Of a DNA stretch of 56,841 bases, positions 1 through 12,802 are shown in pieces; within the stretch, counting starts at the first letter, position 1; every line of letters starts with the position of its first letter. This DNA comes from Prorocentrum cordatum (Eukaryota), in NCBI GenBank assembly GCA_963575745.1, contig CAUYUJ010000062.1:62001-118841 (forward strand), given 5' to 3'. Below the pieces are notes generated by a model. That model was not told the origin of the DNA. It did no database searches and saw only the letters and a program-made list of their open reading frames with translations. A program made the position numbers and the translations under genes.

Positions 1-296
1 GGGCAGTCTAAAGGAGCACACGCAAAACACCAAGGACTCGTGCCCCAGGGGAGACCCAACCTGTAGGAACAGACGTAAAACATGCAGGATTGCATACACA
101 GGAGAAGCACGATCTATATATATATATATATATATATATATGTCGAAACATACGTATAGCATCAAGATCGAGACATCCTCAAAATATGGCCCTCCTGGGG
201 TGCGAAAATGAGCGCCTCGCTCGAGACATCCTCCAAATCTGCTCCGAAAGCGGAAGATGTCGGGAACCGAAACAGGCAAACCGCTTGAGACATCCC

Positions 297-396
297 NNNN
301 NNNNNNNNNNNNNNNNNNNNNNNNNNNNNNNNNNNNNNNNNNNNNNNNNNNNNNNNNNNNNNNNNNNNNNNNNNNNNNNNNNNNNNNNNNNNNNNN
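297..396. other. Assembly gap (100 N)
   Basis: Run of N next to a long (TAC)n microsatellite. Confidence 0.99.
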
Positions 397-418
397 CTAC
401 TACTACTACTACTACTAT

Positions 419-478
<60 letters not shown>

Positions 479-616
479 GACTACGGCTACGACTACGACT
501 ACTACGGCTACGACTACGTTTACGATTACGACCACCCTTTCTACTACTAATACCGCTACATGCGAGGCTACGTTTACTATGACTACGATTATTCTTGCTA
601 CTATTACTACGATTAT

Positions 617-661
<45 letters not shown>

Positions 662-669
662 GACTACGC

Positions 670-728
<59 letters not shown>

Positions 729-815
729 GCTGCGACTACAATTACTACTACCACTACTACGACTAATACTACTACTACTACTACTACTACGACTACTATC
801 ACTACTACTATCTAT

Positions 816-857
<42 letters not shown>

Positions 858-900
858 CACTACTACGCGTACTACTACGATTACTACGACTACGTCTACG

Positions 901-943
<43 letters not shown>

Positions 944-1032
944 GTACTACTAGTACTAGTACTATTACTACTACGGTAACTATTACGATTACGAATACTG
1001 CGACTACTACCACCACCACCACCACCTCCACC

Positions 1033-1084
<52 letters not shown>

Positions 1085-1086
1085 GA

Positions 1087-1155
<69 letters not shown>

Positions 1156-1213
1156 AACTACTACTACTACTACGACTACTACTACTACTACTATTACTAC
1201 TACTACTACTACT

Positions 1214-1299
<86 letters not shown>

Positions 1300-1305
1300 G
1301 ACTAT

Positions 1306-1343
<38 letters not shown>

Positions 1344-1377
1344 CTACTACTACTACTATTTCTACTACTACTACTAT

Positions 1378-1440
<63 letters not shown>

Positions 1441-1461
1441 AACTATTTCTACTACTACTAT

Positions 1462-1504
<43 letters not shown>

Positions 1505-1545
1505 GCTACTGCTACGATTACTCGTTGCAGTAGTAGTAGTCGTAG
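397..1545. repeat. (TAC/CTA)n trinucleotide microsatellite, ~1.1 kb, imperfect
   Basis: Continuous tactactac with scattered GAC/CAC/TAT variants; source of the poly-T/Y/L/S/V ORFs. Confidence 0.98.
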
Positions 1546-1899
1546 AATGTGTGGTAGCAGGTGCGGCGTTGCTGTCGCAATTGCAGTCGCAGGTGTTGCT
1601 ACTAATAACAATAGAATGAAAGGTACGAGTAATAATGCATGTCGCCGCAATAGCGCTACTACAAATAATTATAATAGTGATGACCATCGTAATAACAATA
1701 CGAATAAGAATAAGATCGAAGACGCCTACGGCGAATCACCGCCGCCCCCTGTCTATTGGGATCGCCCATGTGGCCGAGCGTTGTGGCAAGGACTCTGCCA
1801 AGCTATCGGATCCCCCCAGCCGTTCTGGAGACCCTTCGGACAACACTTGGCGGAGGACGGCGGGAAAATCAGGAGGAGGAGGAGGAGAGGGCATTTGAG

Positions 1900-2200
1900 G
1901 AGCCTATGGGGGGCACTCGGGGCCTCCTGGGAGTTTCCTGGGAGCCTCTCGGAGGCACCTTGGTGGCCTCCTTGGGCCATCTTGGGGGCCTTTGTGGGCT
2001 TCTCGGGGGCCTCGTTGGCCGTCTAGTGGCATTCCTGGCCCGTCTGACGCCGTCGGAAGCCGTTTGGGAGGCTTCTCTGGGCCGATTTGGTGCCTTCTTG
2101 GGGTGCTCCAGGGCCGTCCTGGAGGCCATCTTGGTCGTCTTGGAGACCTTTGGGGCCGTCTTGGGGCTCTCCTGGGACCGTCTTGGGGCCTCTTGGGCCG
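1900..2200 (-). repeat. GC-rich TCTTGG/CCAAGA-motif degenerate minisatellite block (dispersed family)
   Basis: Recurring gggccgtcttgg / ggaggcc motifs, same family as 4730-5335, 5690-7380 (opposite orientation) and 7790-8480. Confidence 0.85.
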
Positions 2201-2399
2201 CGTGCGGATCACATTGCAACCAGAATTGTCAGTTTTAAACCAGCATGGTTTTCCCAGAAGTGCACATTACAACCAAGAAAACCAGGCAACTAAACGCATA
2301 TAAGCGACACATGTTCCTCAATGTCCGAAATCTCCGTGGGTTCACGTAGGGGAGACACTTCGTTCTCTGAAGCGTGTTGGTTGTAAAGAGACTCGTCTG

Positions 2400-2990
2400 A
2401 TGCAAGAACCTGTGAAGTGGCGGATGCCTAACAGGATCCAACAGGAATCCGATCGGAATCCGCTTGGCACCCTTCCAACTGGGATCCTGTGGGCACCAAA
2501 TGAATCCCTTCAGAATTCAACAAGAGTCCTCGCTATGGAGCCTACGGGTGTCCTCTTGGAATCCGGTAGGGATGTTTCCTATTGGAACCATGTGGGGGCT
2601 CTTTCTGATAGAAACTGGTTGGAAACCCAATTGGATTACACTTGAGGAACCTTCCTATTGAAATGCTGCGGGAAACGCATCGGGGTTCGATATGGAAACC
2701 CAGTGGGACTAGTTGTGGGTTATTGTTCGAAAGCAGTAGGAGCCATTCCTCTTGGAACCCCATCGGAACCAGATTGGCGAGCACGAAGGATATCGCATTG
2801 GAATCCAATCGGGGTATTCCCTTTTCGATTCATACGGGCATGCTGTTGGGATCCCATCAGGACCCAACTGTAACCCGACAAGAACCTGTCCGCTTTGAGT
2901 CATACTGTAACCCAGTTGGGGTCCTATTGTTATCCCTGTGGCATTTAAAAAAGGAACTAACAGAACCCAAATGAGATCGAATAGGGATCC
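2400..2990. repeat. Degenerate GGAATCC/GGATCC short-period repeat
   Basis: Frequent ggaatcc, ggatcc, ggaacc, cctattgg motifs; resembles the reverse complement of the GATTCC block at 24840-26060. Confidence 0.6.
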
Positions 2991-3261
2991 TCCCGCTACC
3001 GGCTGGTGACAGGCCTGGGCGTAGTAAGCCTTTGTTGTGTGCATCCTTGCCCTAAATCGACATCGCTTCTTTGAGCCGCATAACTTCTGCCTGAAAACCT
3101 TACTGCGTTTGACAATAGAAGGGCGCTCATCGTTCGCCGCAAAAGACGCAGAGGAACACGAGTGCTCCCAGGAGAGCGGACATTTGGCCAAGAAATCATT
3201 GGTAACAATCTAGTCAATGCTTGCGGAATAGAAGTATTTGTTTCGAATCATAAACATGTTT

Positions 3262-3792
3262 TTTGTCATCGCGCCTCATCGTCTGGCAATAACAAAACCG
3301 TATGTGTTCGCACGTGCGGAAGCATGCGTACCCAGGAAAGCGAAAAGGTGGTCAAGAAATCGAGGGGGGGATTCTCGCCAATACACGTGGATTTCAAACT
3401 GTAAATGTGTTGCAGTATAGACCATGTTTGTCCTCGCGCCTCATCGTCTGGCAATACCAAAACCACGTATTGTCGGAACTGCGGAAGCTTGCGCACCCAG
3501 GAGGGCGGACATGTTGCCAAGAAACCGATTGTACAGCTCTAGCCAATACATGTGGAATTTAAATATTTGTCGTCAGCAGTCAGCCGCACAGACAACTTGT
3601 GTCATCGCGCCTCACCGTTTGGCAAAGCAAAACTGTATGTTTCGCATTCGCAGAAGCATGCGTCCCCAGGCGAGCGGGAATGTGGCCACGAAATCGCGGG
3701 TAAAGTTCTAGCCACTACATGTTGGTTTCAAAGTGTGGGTTTTTTGCGCGCATCATGGACCATGTTTGTCCTCACGCCTCATCGCCTGGCAA
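3262..3792. repeat. Diverged ~168-bp tandem repeat, ~3 units
   Basis: Anchor cgcgcctcatcgtctggca recurs at ~3271, 3436, 3607 and 3774. Confidence 0.85.
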
Positions 3793-3799
3793 GAACAAG

Positions 3800-4482
3800 A
3801 AGCCCCAGAAGCCTCTGCAGAGCGCTCAGAAGCCTCAGGGACCTCTGAAGCCTTGAGTGAGCGCGCAGAAGGCTCAAAGTCCTCAGATGCCTCTGCAGAG
3901 CGCTCAGAAGTTTTAGAAGCCTTAGAAGCTTCTGCAGAGCGCTCAGGAGCCTCAGACGCCTCTGCAGGGCGCTCGCGCTCAGAAGTTTCAGGATCTTTGC
4001 AGAGCGCTCAAAAGCTGCAAAGTCCTCCGGAGCCTCTGCAGAGCGCACCGGAGCTTCAGAAACTTTTGCAGGGCGCCCAGGCGCCCAGAAGCTTCTGCAG
4101 AACGCTCAGGCGCCCAGAGGCCTTTTCAGAACGCTCAGGCGGCCAGAGGCCTCTGCAGAGCGCTCAGGCGCTCATCAACCGTTGCAAAGCGCACAGGCGC
4201 TCAGAATTCGCAGAAGCTTCTGCAGGGCGCTCAGGCGTTCAGAAGCTTCTGCAGAGCGCCCAGGCGCTCAGAAGCTTCTGCAGAACACTCAGGCGCTCAG
4301 ATGCTTCTGCAGAGCGCTCAGGCGCTCAGAAGTTTCTGTCAAGCGCCCAGGCGCTCAGAAGCTTCAGACGCTCCTGTGGGGCATTTACGCCATCAGAAGC
4401 CTCTGCCGAGCGCTCAGGCGCTCAGACGCCTCTGCTGATGCTCAGAAGCCTTTTGCCGAGCGTTCTGAAGCTTCAGAAGCCA
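3800..4482. repeat. ~29-bp minisatellite (cagaagcttctgcagagcgctcaggcgct)
   Basis: Unit repeated many times with divergence; generates the 270-aa ORF at 3733-4545. Confidence 0.9.
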
Positions 4483-4729
4483 CTCGGGGGCTCACGCGCT
4501 CTTGAAAGGCTGGTTGTAAAGTGGCCCGTCTGGGTTGTAAGGTGAACCGTTCTGGTTGTAAAAAGCCCCGTCTGCGTTGTAAGGTGGGCCGTTATGGCTG
4601 TAAATTGGGCTGTTCTGATTGTGGCTGGATCGCTCTCGAAGGAAGACCATACAACTATATCCTCTGCTGGTTGTGAAATGACCTATGTCGGTTGTAAACT
4701 CTCGTTCGGGTTGCCAACAGACCGAATAT

Positions 4730-5335
4730 CCTCTTGGGCCCTTTATGGGGCCATGTTGGAGGCCTCTTGGGCTTGGGTCGTCTTGGGCCATCTTGGAGCA
4801 ATTCTGGGCCGTCTCCGTCGGAAGCCGTTTCGGGAGCCCCTTTGGGCCGTATGACGCCGTCGGAAGCCGTCTTGGGGGCCTCTCTGGACCGACTTGGGGC
4901 ATTCTTGGGGTGCTCCAGGGCCGTCTTGGAAGCCATCTTGGTGGTCTCGGGGGCCTTCGGGGCCGTTTTGGGGGTATCTTGGGCCGTCCGGGGGCAATCT
5001 TGGAGGCCTGCCTCTTGGGCGATCTTTGAGGGTTCTTGGGCCGTATCGGGCCGTCGGGAGGCCGAAGAGAAGCGAATGCCACGGATTTGAGCCGTTTTCA
5101 GGCCCTCCTGGAGGCCCTCTTGGAGGCCTTTTGGGCCGTCTTGGAGACCTATTGGGTGCTTCTCGTGCCATCTTGTTGAAGGCTTCGTGGGCCGTCTTGG
5201 CTTTGTTTGCGAACTTGGAGACATCTCGGACCTTTTTTTTCTGGGCCCGTATTGGAGGCCATCTGTGACCATATTGGGCGAATGCGGGGGCCATCTTAGG
5301 CCATCTTGCCCTCTTGGATGTCATCTTGAGCAATT
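4730..5335 (-). repeat. TCTTGG/CCAAGA minisatellite block
   Basis: Closely parallels 1960-2200 (gacgccgtcggaagccg...ggggtgctccagggccgtc). Confidence 0.85.
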
Positions 5336-5602
5336 TTGGGAGAATTTGTTGGGCAAGTTGAGGGAGGTGTTTTGCAATCCCTTCCGGGGGCCAGCGCGTT
5401 GGGCCCAAGCCCCAGGGGGAGGTCGAAAAAAAACAAACCAAATTGTCTGAAGTATGGCACGCCAGGCACCCTCGTGGCAAGCCAACAGGGGGCAGCGGAT
5501 GACGGAAAGCGCGCGTTAGCGTGCGGTCCGTTAGCCGGAAGAAATTGGACTTGGGGGAGGTTGAGGGGGTTGGCATCGCGACGCCCGAGATCTGATTGCC
5601 CT

Positions 5603-7380
5603 CCCGCCTCGTTGTTTATCGAGTAGGACGGCCTTCGGGGTTTTAAAACAGCGTTTCGCTCGAGGCATCATCGGAGTACGCTTCTTGGGCGCTTCTTGGA
5701 CCGCCTTAGGCGCCTAAGACCGCCCAAGAAGCGCCCAAGATGGCGCCCAAGACGGCCCAACAAGACGGCCCCAGAAGCGCCCAAGACGGCCCAAGAGCGC
5801 TCCAAGAGAGCCCAAGACCGCCCAAGGCGGCCCCAAGACGTTCCAAGAGGCCTCCACGACGCCCCAGGAGGCGCCCACGAGGCGTCCCAAGAGGGCCCCA
5901 CGAGACCAAAATCATTGATTTTCTGAAGGGAAACCGTGCATGTTTAGCAGATACGGCTTTTCGCCTTTCATGGCGTTGAAGACGGTCCAAGAGGCCCCCA
6001 AGACCGCTCAAAGACGGCCCAAGATGTTGCCAAGAGGCCCCCAAAATAGCCCAAGAGGGCGCCAAGACGGGCCAAGAGGCGTCCAAGATTGTCCAAGAGA
6101 CCCCCAAGAGCGCCCCAAGAAGGCCCAAGAGGCACCCAAGAAGGCCCCAAAACGGCCCAAGAGGGCGCCAAGACGGCCCAAGACAGCGCCAGGACGGCCC
6201 CAAGAAGGCCCCAACCGCTTCGTTGTTTATCGAGTAGGACGGCCTTCGGGGCTTAACAACAGCGTTTCGCTCGAGACATCATCGGAAAACGCTTATTGAG
6301 CGCGTCTTGGGCCGTCGTAGGCGCCTAAGACATCCCAAGAAGCGGCCAAGACGGCACCCAAGACGGCCAAAGAAACGCCCAAGACGGCCTAAGAGCGCTC
6401 CAAGAGAGCCCCAGACCGCCCAAGGCGGCCCCAAGACGTCCCAAGAGGCCTCCACGACGCCCCAGGAGGCGTCCACGAGGCGTCCCAAGAGGGCCTGAAG
6501 AAGCCACAACCATTGATTTTCTAAAGGAAAACGTGCATTTTTAGCATATACGCTTTTTCGCTTTTCATGGCGCTGAAGGCGGTCGAAGAGGCCCCCAAGA
6601 CCGCCCCAAGACGGCCCAAGATGTTGCCAAGAGGCCCCCAAAATAGCTTTCCCGCCTCGTCTTCTGTCGAGTAGGACTGCCTTCGGGGCTTAAAACCAGC
6701 GTTTCGTTCGAGGCATCATCGGAGAACGCTTCTTGGGCGTTTCTTGGGCAGTCTTAGGCGCCTAAGACAGCCCAAGAAGCAGCCAAGACGGCGCCCAAGA
6801 CGGCCCAAGGCGGCCCCAATACGTCCCAAGATGCCTCCACAACGCTCCAGGAGGCTCCCACGAGGCGTCCCAAGAGGGCCCCACGAGGCCAAAATCAATG
6901 ATTGTCTGAAGGAAAACGTACATTTCCCTTTCATGGCGTTGAAGACGGTCCAAGAGGCCCCAACGACCGCCCCAAGGCGGCCCAAGTTGTTTCCAAGAGG
7001 CCCCCAAAATAGCCCAAGAGGGCGCCAAGACGGGCCAAGAGGCGTCCAAGATTGTCCAAGAGGCCCCTAAGAGCGCCCCAAGAGGCCCCCAAGAGGGCCC
7101 AAAAACGGCCCAAGAGGGCGCCAAGACGGCCCAAGAAGCGCCGAGGCAGCCCAAGACGGCCCCAGGACGGCCCCAAGAAGGCCCCAAGAGATCCCCAAGA
7201 GAGCCCAAAGACGGCCAAAGGCAGCCTGGTCCCTTCACCCCCGCCACCCAGAAGCTCCCAGGAGACCCCAAGAGGCCCCCGAGAAGCCCCAAAAGGTCCC
7301 CAGGAGGCACCCAAGAGGCTCCCAAAGAGTCCCCCAAGAGGCCCAACATACTCCCAAAGGCTCTTAGCACCGCGGCTCCC
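5603..7380 (+). repeat. Three-unit composite tandem repeat: conserved ~90-bp head plus variable CCAAGA minisatellite
   Basis: Head (c)cgcctcgttgtttatcgagtaggacggccttcgggg...aacagcgtttcgctcgaggcatcatcgga at ~5603, 6215 and 6651, each followed by cccaagacgg arrays and an aaatcattgatttt...ttcatggcg linker. Confidence 0.9.
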
Positions 7381-7789
7381 AAGAGCGAGCGGTGACGTAA
7401 GCGAGCTGATAAGACCAAAGCTCCCGACAGAGAGCTGCGGCGTAACAAGTTCTTGACGCCAGGGCACAGGGACGGGCGGCAACGCGTGGACAACGAGCGG
7501 TCCACGCAAGGACAACGCAGGGTTCTGGAAAGTTGGCAGCCCAAACGCGGAAAACGCAACGCGACCCGACCGCCCCCTCCAAAACAAGAAACGCGCTCAA
7601 AGAAAGCTCCGCGACTCTCCGAGCCTGAGATAGGACAAGAGCGAGGGGAAGGGAGTCAATAAGAGGTGTAAGAGCGGACGAGCCAGCGATCCCGTGCGCT
7701 CTGAAAGTAAGTGCGCTTTCCGTCCCCGTGCCAAGCAGGTCAAATGGCTTTTGGCCCATCCCGCCACCGTGCCTGGGTAGTGGGTATGA

Positions 7790-8480
7790 AGCCTATCGGA
7801 TGTTCGTTGGGATCTTGCGGGAGGTTGTTCGGAAATTTATTTGAGGCATTTTGGATGTCTCTTACGTTTTTGGGTGGGGGGGCCTCTTGGGGGCGCTCTT
7901 GGAGGCCTCGTGGGGTGTCCTGGGCGCCTCTTGAGGCCTCCTGGGCGCCTCTTGGGTCGGAAGGCTCCGATTTTCGGTTCGCGTGTTCTCTTTCGGGCCC
8001 ATTGTGGCGCCGTCTTGGGATCGTCTTGAGCCGTTTTCGGCGCCTCTTGGGCCGTCTAGGGGCCCTCGAAGTCGGGAGCCTCTTGGGGGCCCTTGGGGCC
8101 TCCTGGGGCCCTGTGGGGGGCCCTTTTGGGACCGTCTTGGGGCTCTCTGGGGCCGTTTTGGGCGCTTCTTGGGCCGTCTTGGAGGCGTCTTGGCGGCCTT
8201 TGCGGCCGTCTTGGGGCGGTCTGGGAGGCTTCTTGGGCCGTCTTGGAGCGTCGGGAAGCCGAAGGCCAACAACTTGCAAAAAAAACTAATGAAAATCAGC
8301 GAATGTTGCCCTTCGGGGCACTCCTCGGAAGCCTCTTGGATGCCTCTTGGGGCGTCTTTCTTGGGCCGTCTTGAGTCCACTTTGCGCGTCTTGGAGCGAT
8401 ATGTGAGCGAGTCGGAACCCTCTGGGACCGCCTTGGGGGCGTCTTGAACTCTGTTGGCCCGTCTGGGGGCTCTGTTGGGC
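7790..8480 (-). repeat. TCTTGG/CCAAGA minisatellite block, inverted relative to 5690-7380
   Basis: Reverse-complement motifs, including the linker (aatgaaaatcagcgaatgttg at ~8290). Confidence 0.8.
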
Positions 8481-9820
8481 CCAAAAAAACCTCACGCGGC
8501 AGACCTCGCCGAGGCCCCGGGGTACCACGCCACGCCCTAGAAGATTTGAGACGAAGGACTCCGAACCCCTTAAAGAATCCTCAGGAGTGAGGACTGAGGC
8601 TCAGAGGGGGAGTGAGAGGAACTGAGAAAACGCCCACTCCGTGCCTCGAGGCACGCTGGCAGATTATTTGTATCGCTTGCCTCGCGGCATGCACAGCTTC
8701 ATGCAGTTGGGCCATTCGCCGGGGTAATTCCATAACGGCCGGTTTTGCCATGTTTCGGGCGCCAGAACCCTCTCGGATCAATCCAGCTCGAAAAAAGCAG
8801 CAGAAAGATGGCGTCCAGGGCTCCGGTCGAATTTGTGTTAGGAATTTTCATGTTCGTGACGTCGGATCCCAGGGGAGCTTCCGTCTCTTCTCGCGCTGGG
8901 AGCCTCCATCTTTTCTCGATGCAAAGATAGATAGTCACGACGGGAGGTTTCTTCCAGGTTTCGGCCTCTGGGGGCCATCGCCGGGCCCAGGGACCGTCAG
9001 CAACCTGGCGGGATGACAAGCCAGCCCAGGCGAAGGGAAAGAGATCTCCAGGGATCCACGTCGTGGAACAGCCACAGCGTCGGAGTTCTGGGAGGAGAAG
9101 ACTCCGATATCGTTGCTCGTCCCGGGAGAGCTCTCGGCGCCACGCGGTCAGATTCTCTTCGAGATCCTGGCTTTAGCGCACGCCAGGGGAGGTTTGGGAA
9201 GCAGCGACGGGGAGGGGTCACCAGTTGTTCTTGAGGATCGAGATTCCAGGATCGAGGCTCCAGGATCCAGGTTCCAGGATCGTGGTTCCTGATGGTCGAG
9301 GTTCTATGATCGAAGCTCGAGGAGGTGTTTGCACGTTTTGGGCCCGCTTTGGAGGATGTGGCGACTTTCCCAAACCTTAGGAGGTCTTTAGTTTTGGGAG
9401 CCCCCCATTTTTCTCTCGGCGGGAAATGAACTCGCCCCTCCTCCTCCTCCTCCTCCCCATCATCATCCTCATCCTCCTCCTCTAGCCTCCTCCTCCTCCT
9501 TCCTCCTCCTCCTCCTGCTCCTGCTCCTGCTCCTCCTCGTCCTCCTCCTCCTCTTCCTTCTCCTCACCCTCACCCCCTCCTCCTTCTCGTGCTTCTCCTC
9601 CTCCTCCTCCTCCTCCTCCTCCTCCTCATGCTCCTCATGCTCCTCCGTCCTCCTCATGCTCCTCCTCGTGGTCAGTGTTGAACCCTTTTGGCATTCAGGG
9701 AGCGTTCCGCAACGCTCTCGAAGCGTCCTGGAGTGCTCTGGAACGGCCCCTTTGACCTTGGCGTCGCAATCTGTCCGCGGTGTTGCCTCGCTTCGGGCCC
9801 CGGGACCCTCCCAGATCGAT

Positions 9821-10110
9821 ACACGCGGGTTGTTGAAAGTAGGTGTTTCTGGCTTCCCAGATCCCAATATACTTCAAGCGCCTTCCTACTTCAAGAACCG
9901 ATACATTTTTTGGCTGTGGTTGTTATTCTCTGGGAGGTCCTGGACCCAATCCACTATATCCGCCTTCCTGCTTCATGTACTTCTTCCGACCGGCGTGTGT
10001 GGCTCGAAAAATGCAACGGAAATACGGGGTCCAGGCTCAGGTCGAGTTTGTGTCACGAAATGTGATGTTTGTTCGTGACGTCGGATCTCAGTGTAGCCTC
10101 CATCTCTTCG
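9821..10110 (+). repeat. Dispersed repeat (copy at 56132-56318; distal part also at ~8785-8890 and inverted at ~11850-11890)
   Basis: gttgaaagtaggt...cccagatcccaat...cttcaagcgccttcct...ctggacccaatccacta...cttccgaccg is shared between 9832-9999 and 56143-56318. Confidence 0.85.
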
Positions 10111-10952
10111 GTCACTGGGAGTGTCCAGGATCGCTCTCAGAGTGTTCCAGGGCGCTCTGGAACAGCCGCGACGCACGATGTATTATCTCTAGACCCTCCA
10201 GTTCTCAGAGACTCCCGCTTTGTCTTCCCCCGACTCTGTCTTCATCCTGCCTTCGTCTGGGTACAGTCAAGAGTACCTGGCATCGCTCGGACGTGTGTAT
10301 TTTTTTTGCGGCGAGGACCCTGGAGGAGCATCCTGGACCATCGAGCAAAAAAAACACGCACGAAACCAAAAAATGCACGGGAAATGGACGTCCGAGCGAC
10401 GGCAAGGGTAAGGACCATTTTGGACTCTGGAGGGGCTCTGGCTTTTGGACCACTCCTGAGATCTGGGCTGGGAAACCCACACGTGGCCGAGGCTCGCCGT
10501 GGCCAGAGGAGGAGGAGGAGGAGGAGGAGGACGAGTAATCAGCGTTCCTTCTGGTAGCACGGTGCCTGCACGATATAAAGCTGACGCACCATGAGAGCGT
10601 TCCGGAGCGCTCCCGGAGCGTGCTGGAGCGCTCTGGAACGGCGCGGCGATGGGTGCATCCTCCGGACTCTCCGAGAGCGGCCGCCAGGGGCCCGCGTCGT
10701 GACCCGAAGACCACCGGGCGTCGAAGGGCGGGGTGGGTACTAGCCACGGTCAGGGGCAACGGCAGGGGGGGACAGGCATAGGGGGGGAAATGTGCAAACC
10801 GCCAAGGACTCCTTGCAAAACCACCATTCTCGAGGTCGTCGGGCCCACTCCGAAGAAACCGAGCATGGGCAAACCGCCTAGAACTTCTATCAAAAACGGT
10901 TTCTCGGTGGTAGGGGGGGGGCGCATCGACCCCCGATCGCCCATTGATCGCC

Positions 10953-11125
10953 TTACAGGGGGATTTTCGACGAAAAATAAAAAGTACCCCAAAAGTGCCC
11001 CAAAAAGGCCAAAAGATATTCAAAAAATAGTCCCCAGACTACGTTTGGACTATGTTTCGACTATTTTTGGGGTATTGTTCATTTGTCGTTGAAAATCCCC
11101 CTGTAGGGGGACAGGCCCGACTTAA
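10953..11125. mobile_element. MITE family A, copy with truncated left end
   Basis: Intact right TIR cctgtagggggacaggcccgacttaa; left TIR reduced to tacagggggatttt; AT-rich interior similar to 12640-12802. Confidence 0.75.
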
Positions 11126-11137
11126 TACTACCCATTG

Positions 11138-11348
11138 TCAGGGGCAACGATAGGGGGTGATAGGCATAGGCGGGGGTGCATCGACCCCCGATCGCCCATT
11201 GATCGCAGATAGGGGCCCGATAGCCCCAACCTGCCCAGGAAGGTGCGGATTCACCATCGGAGGCCTATCGCCGACCTATCGGCGATGTATCGCCGATTCC
11301 ATTTCGACGTTTCCCCCCTATCCCCATCCCCCCTTTCGTTGCTCCTCA
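11138..11348. mobile_element. MITE group B member (TC-type termini, ~5-bp TSD)
   Basis: Left TIR tcaggggcaacgatagggg versus right-end reverse complement tgaggagcaacgaaagggg; flanks CATTG (11133-37) and CATGG (11349-53). A related left end starts at 10750. Confidence 0.65.
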
Positions 11349-12639
11349 CATGGATACAGGCCTCGGAACAGATTAGCGAGCACTCATGCCACAGTCACGT
11401 GTCAATGATCAGTGTTGGTGGTGGGTTGGATGAGCTACACTTCGACCGCAATCTTCCCTCGAGTACCAGCTTGGAGTTCTGGGGGGCGGGGGAGAGTCCA
11501 CGAATTGTTCCCCCCTCCACCGGGGAGTGCTCACTGATTGTTTCCCTCTGACCTATCATGGCCAGGGCCACGGCATCTCCCAGATCTCACGTCCCCCCTC
11601 TGAAGCAGCGATGCGCACCTCCCCCCTCTCGGCCCGGCCCCCCTCTTCGGCGCACCCGAGACGACCGATGGGGGGGGGCCCAAAGGCCACATCGGCCCGA
11701 GGACCGCCAGGAACGCGAGCTTGAGGCGTCGACGAGCGGCGGCGGCGACGAGCGGCGACGACGACGACGGCAGCGACGGCAGCGACGGCGGCGGCTTCCT
11801 TGAAGTCGAAGCTCGCGGGAGAGGATGCAGCATGGTAAGAAAACTGGGCCAGAGCCCTGGACCCCACCTTTCTGCGGCATCTGTCGAGCCAGGTCGATCC
11901 GAAAGGGCCCCGAGCAAAATCGCCGGCTGTGGGCAAGACTGCGGCGCCAGGATCTCAGGGGGGAGGCCCGACCCAACGCGGCTCTCTGGCGGCCGCTCGG
12001 GACGAGGCGGGCACCGCCAGAGCATTCTCGGCGAGGCGCGGCTCCTGGGAAGAAGCCCGAGGCTGGAAGGCCCGCCGAGCTCCACGGAGGCTGCCGAGGC
12101 TGGCAGAAGGCCGCCGTGGATCTCACGGTTCGGCGGCGACGAGCGTCAGTTGGGAGCCTTGAGACGGGGGTCAGTGCAAAGGGGGTCAGCCAGAGCGCCC
12201 GATCTTGCAGGATCTTGCATGGCTGGGGTCGCATTGACCCGGGTTTGGGTGCAGGATCCTGCAGGATTCGGCAGGATCCTTCGCATTGACCCGGGCTTGG
12301 GCGCAGGATCTTGCAGGATCTTGCAGGGTTCTGCGAGGGCTGACTGACCCGGGTCTGGATTGACCCGGGTCAGAAGATCCCCGCGTCAGCCGAGAGTGGC
12401 GCCGCCAAGAGCGGCGGCAGCGCAGCGGCGCCGGCCCGCAGCGGGCAGGTCTCGGCCGACACGGCGCGCTCGGCCGCCGCGGAGGCGGCGGGCTCGGCCT
12501 GTGGCGGCGGCAGCGGCCCTCTGCCGCGGCCCGTGCCGAAGCAGCACGGCGGCGGCCCGCTGCCGTTTCCGGGCGCCTCGGGGGGGGCCACTCCTGCTCC
12601 TCGTCGCCCTCCTTCTCATACATCCTTCCCCGCGTAGAT

Positions 12640-12802
12640 TTAAGTCGGGCCTGTCCCTCTACAGGGGGAATATTCAAAAGTAGTCAAAAAATAGTCTGGG
12701 CACGATGTTTTCACTATTTTTGATCGCTTGTTTTGAATATGTTTGGGGTATGTTTTTACGTTTCGTCCAAAATCCGCCTGTAGGGGGACATGCCCGACCT
12801 AA
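12640..12802. mobile_element. MITE family A, full-length 163 bp with 8-bp TSD
   Basis: TIRs ttaagtcgggcctgtccctctacagg / cctgtagggggacatgcccgacctaa; identical flanking direct repeat GCGTAGAT at 12632-39 and 12803-10. Confidence 0.9.

Noticed and set aside
90..1687. Long poly-Thr/Tyr/Ser/Val/Leu ORFs (and similar ones at 21981-24513, 26980-28062, 39822-40926, 43231-45049, 48627-49712)
   Set aside because: These are translations of simple repeats open in several frames on both strands.
5648..5682. Hammerhead ribozyme on the minus strand (gcgta-ct-ccgatga...gaaacgc)
   Set aside because: The core is CCGAUGA rather than CUGAUGA, there is no room for stem I, and stem II has only two pairs.
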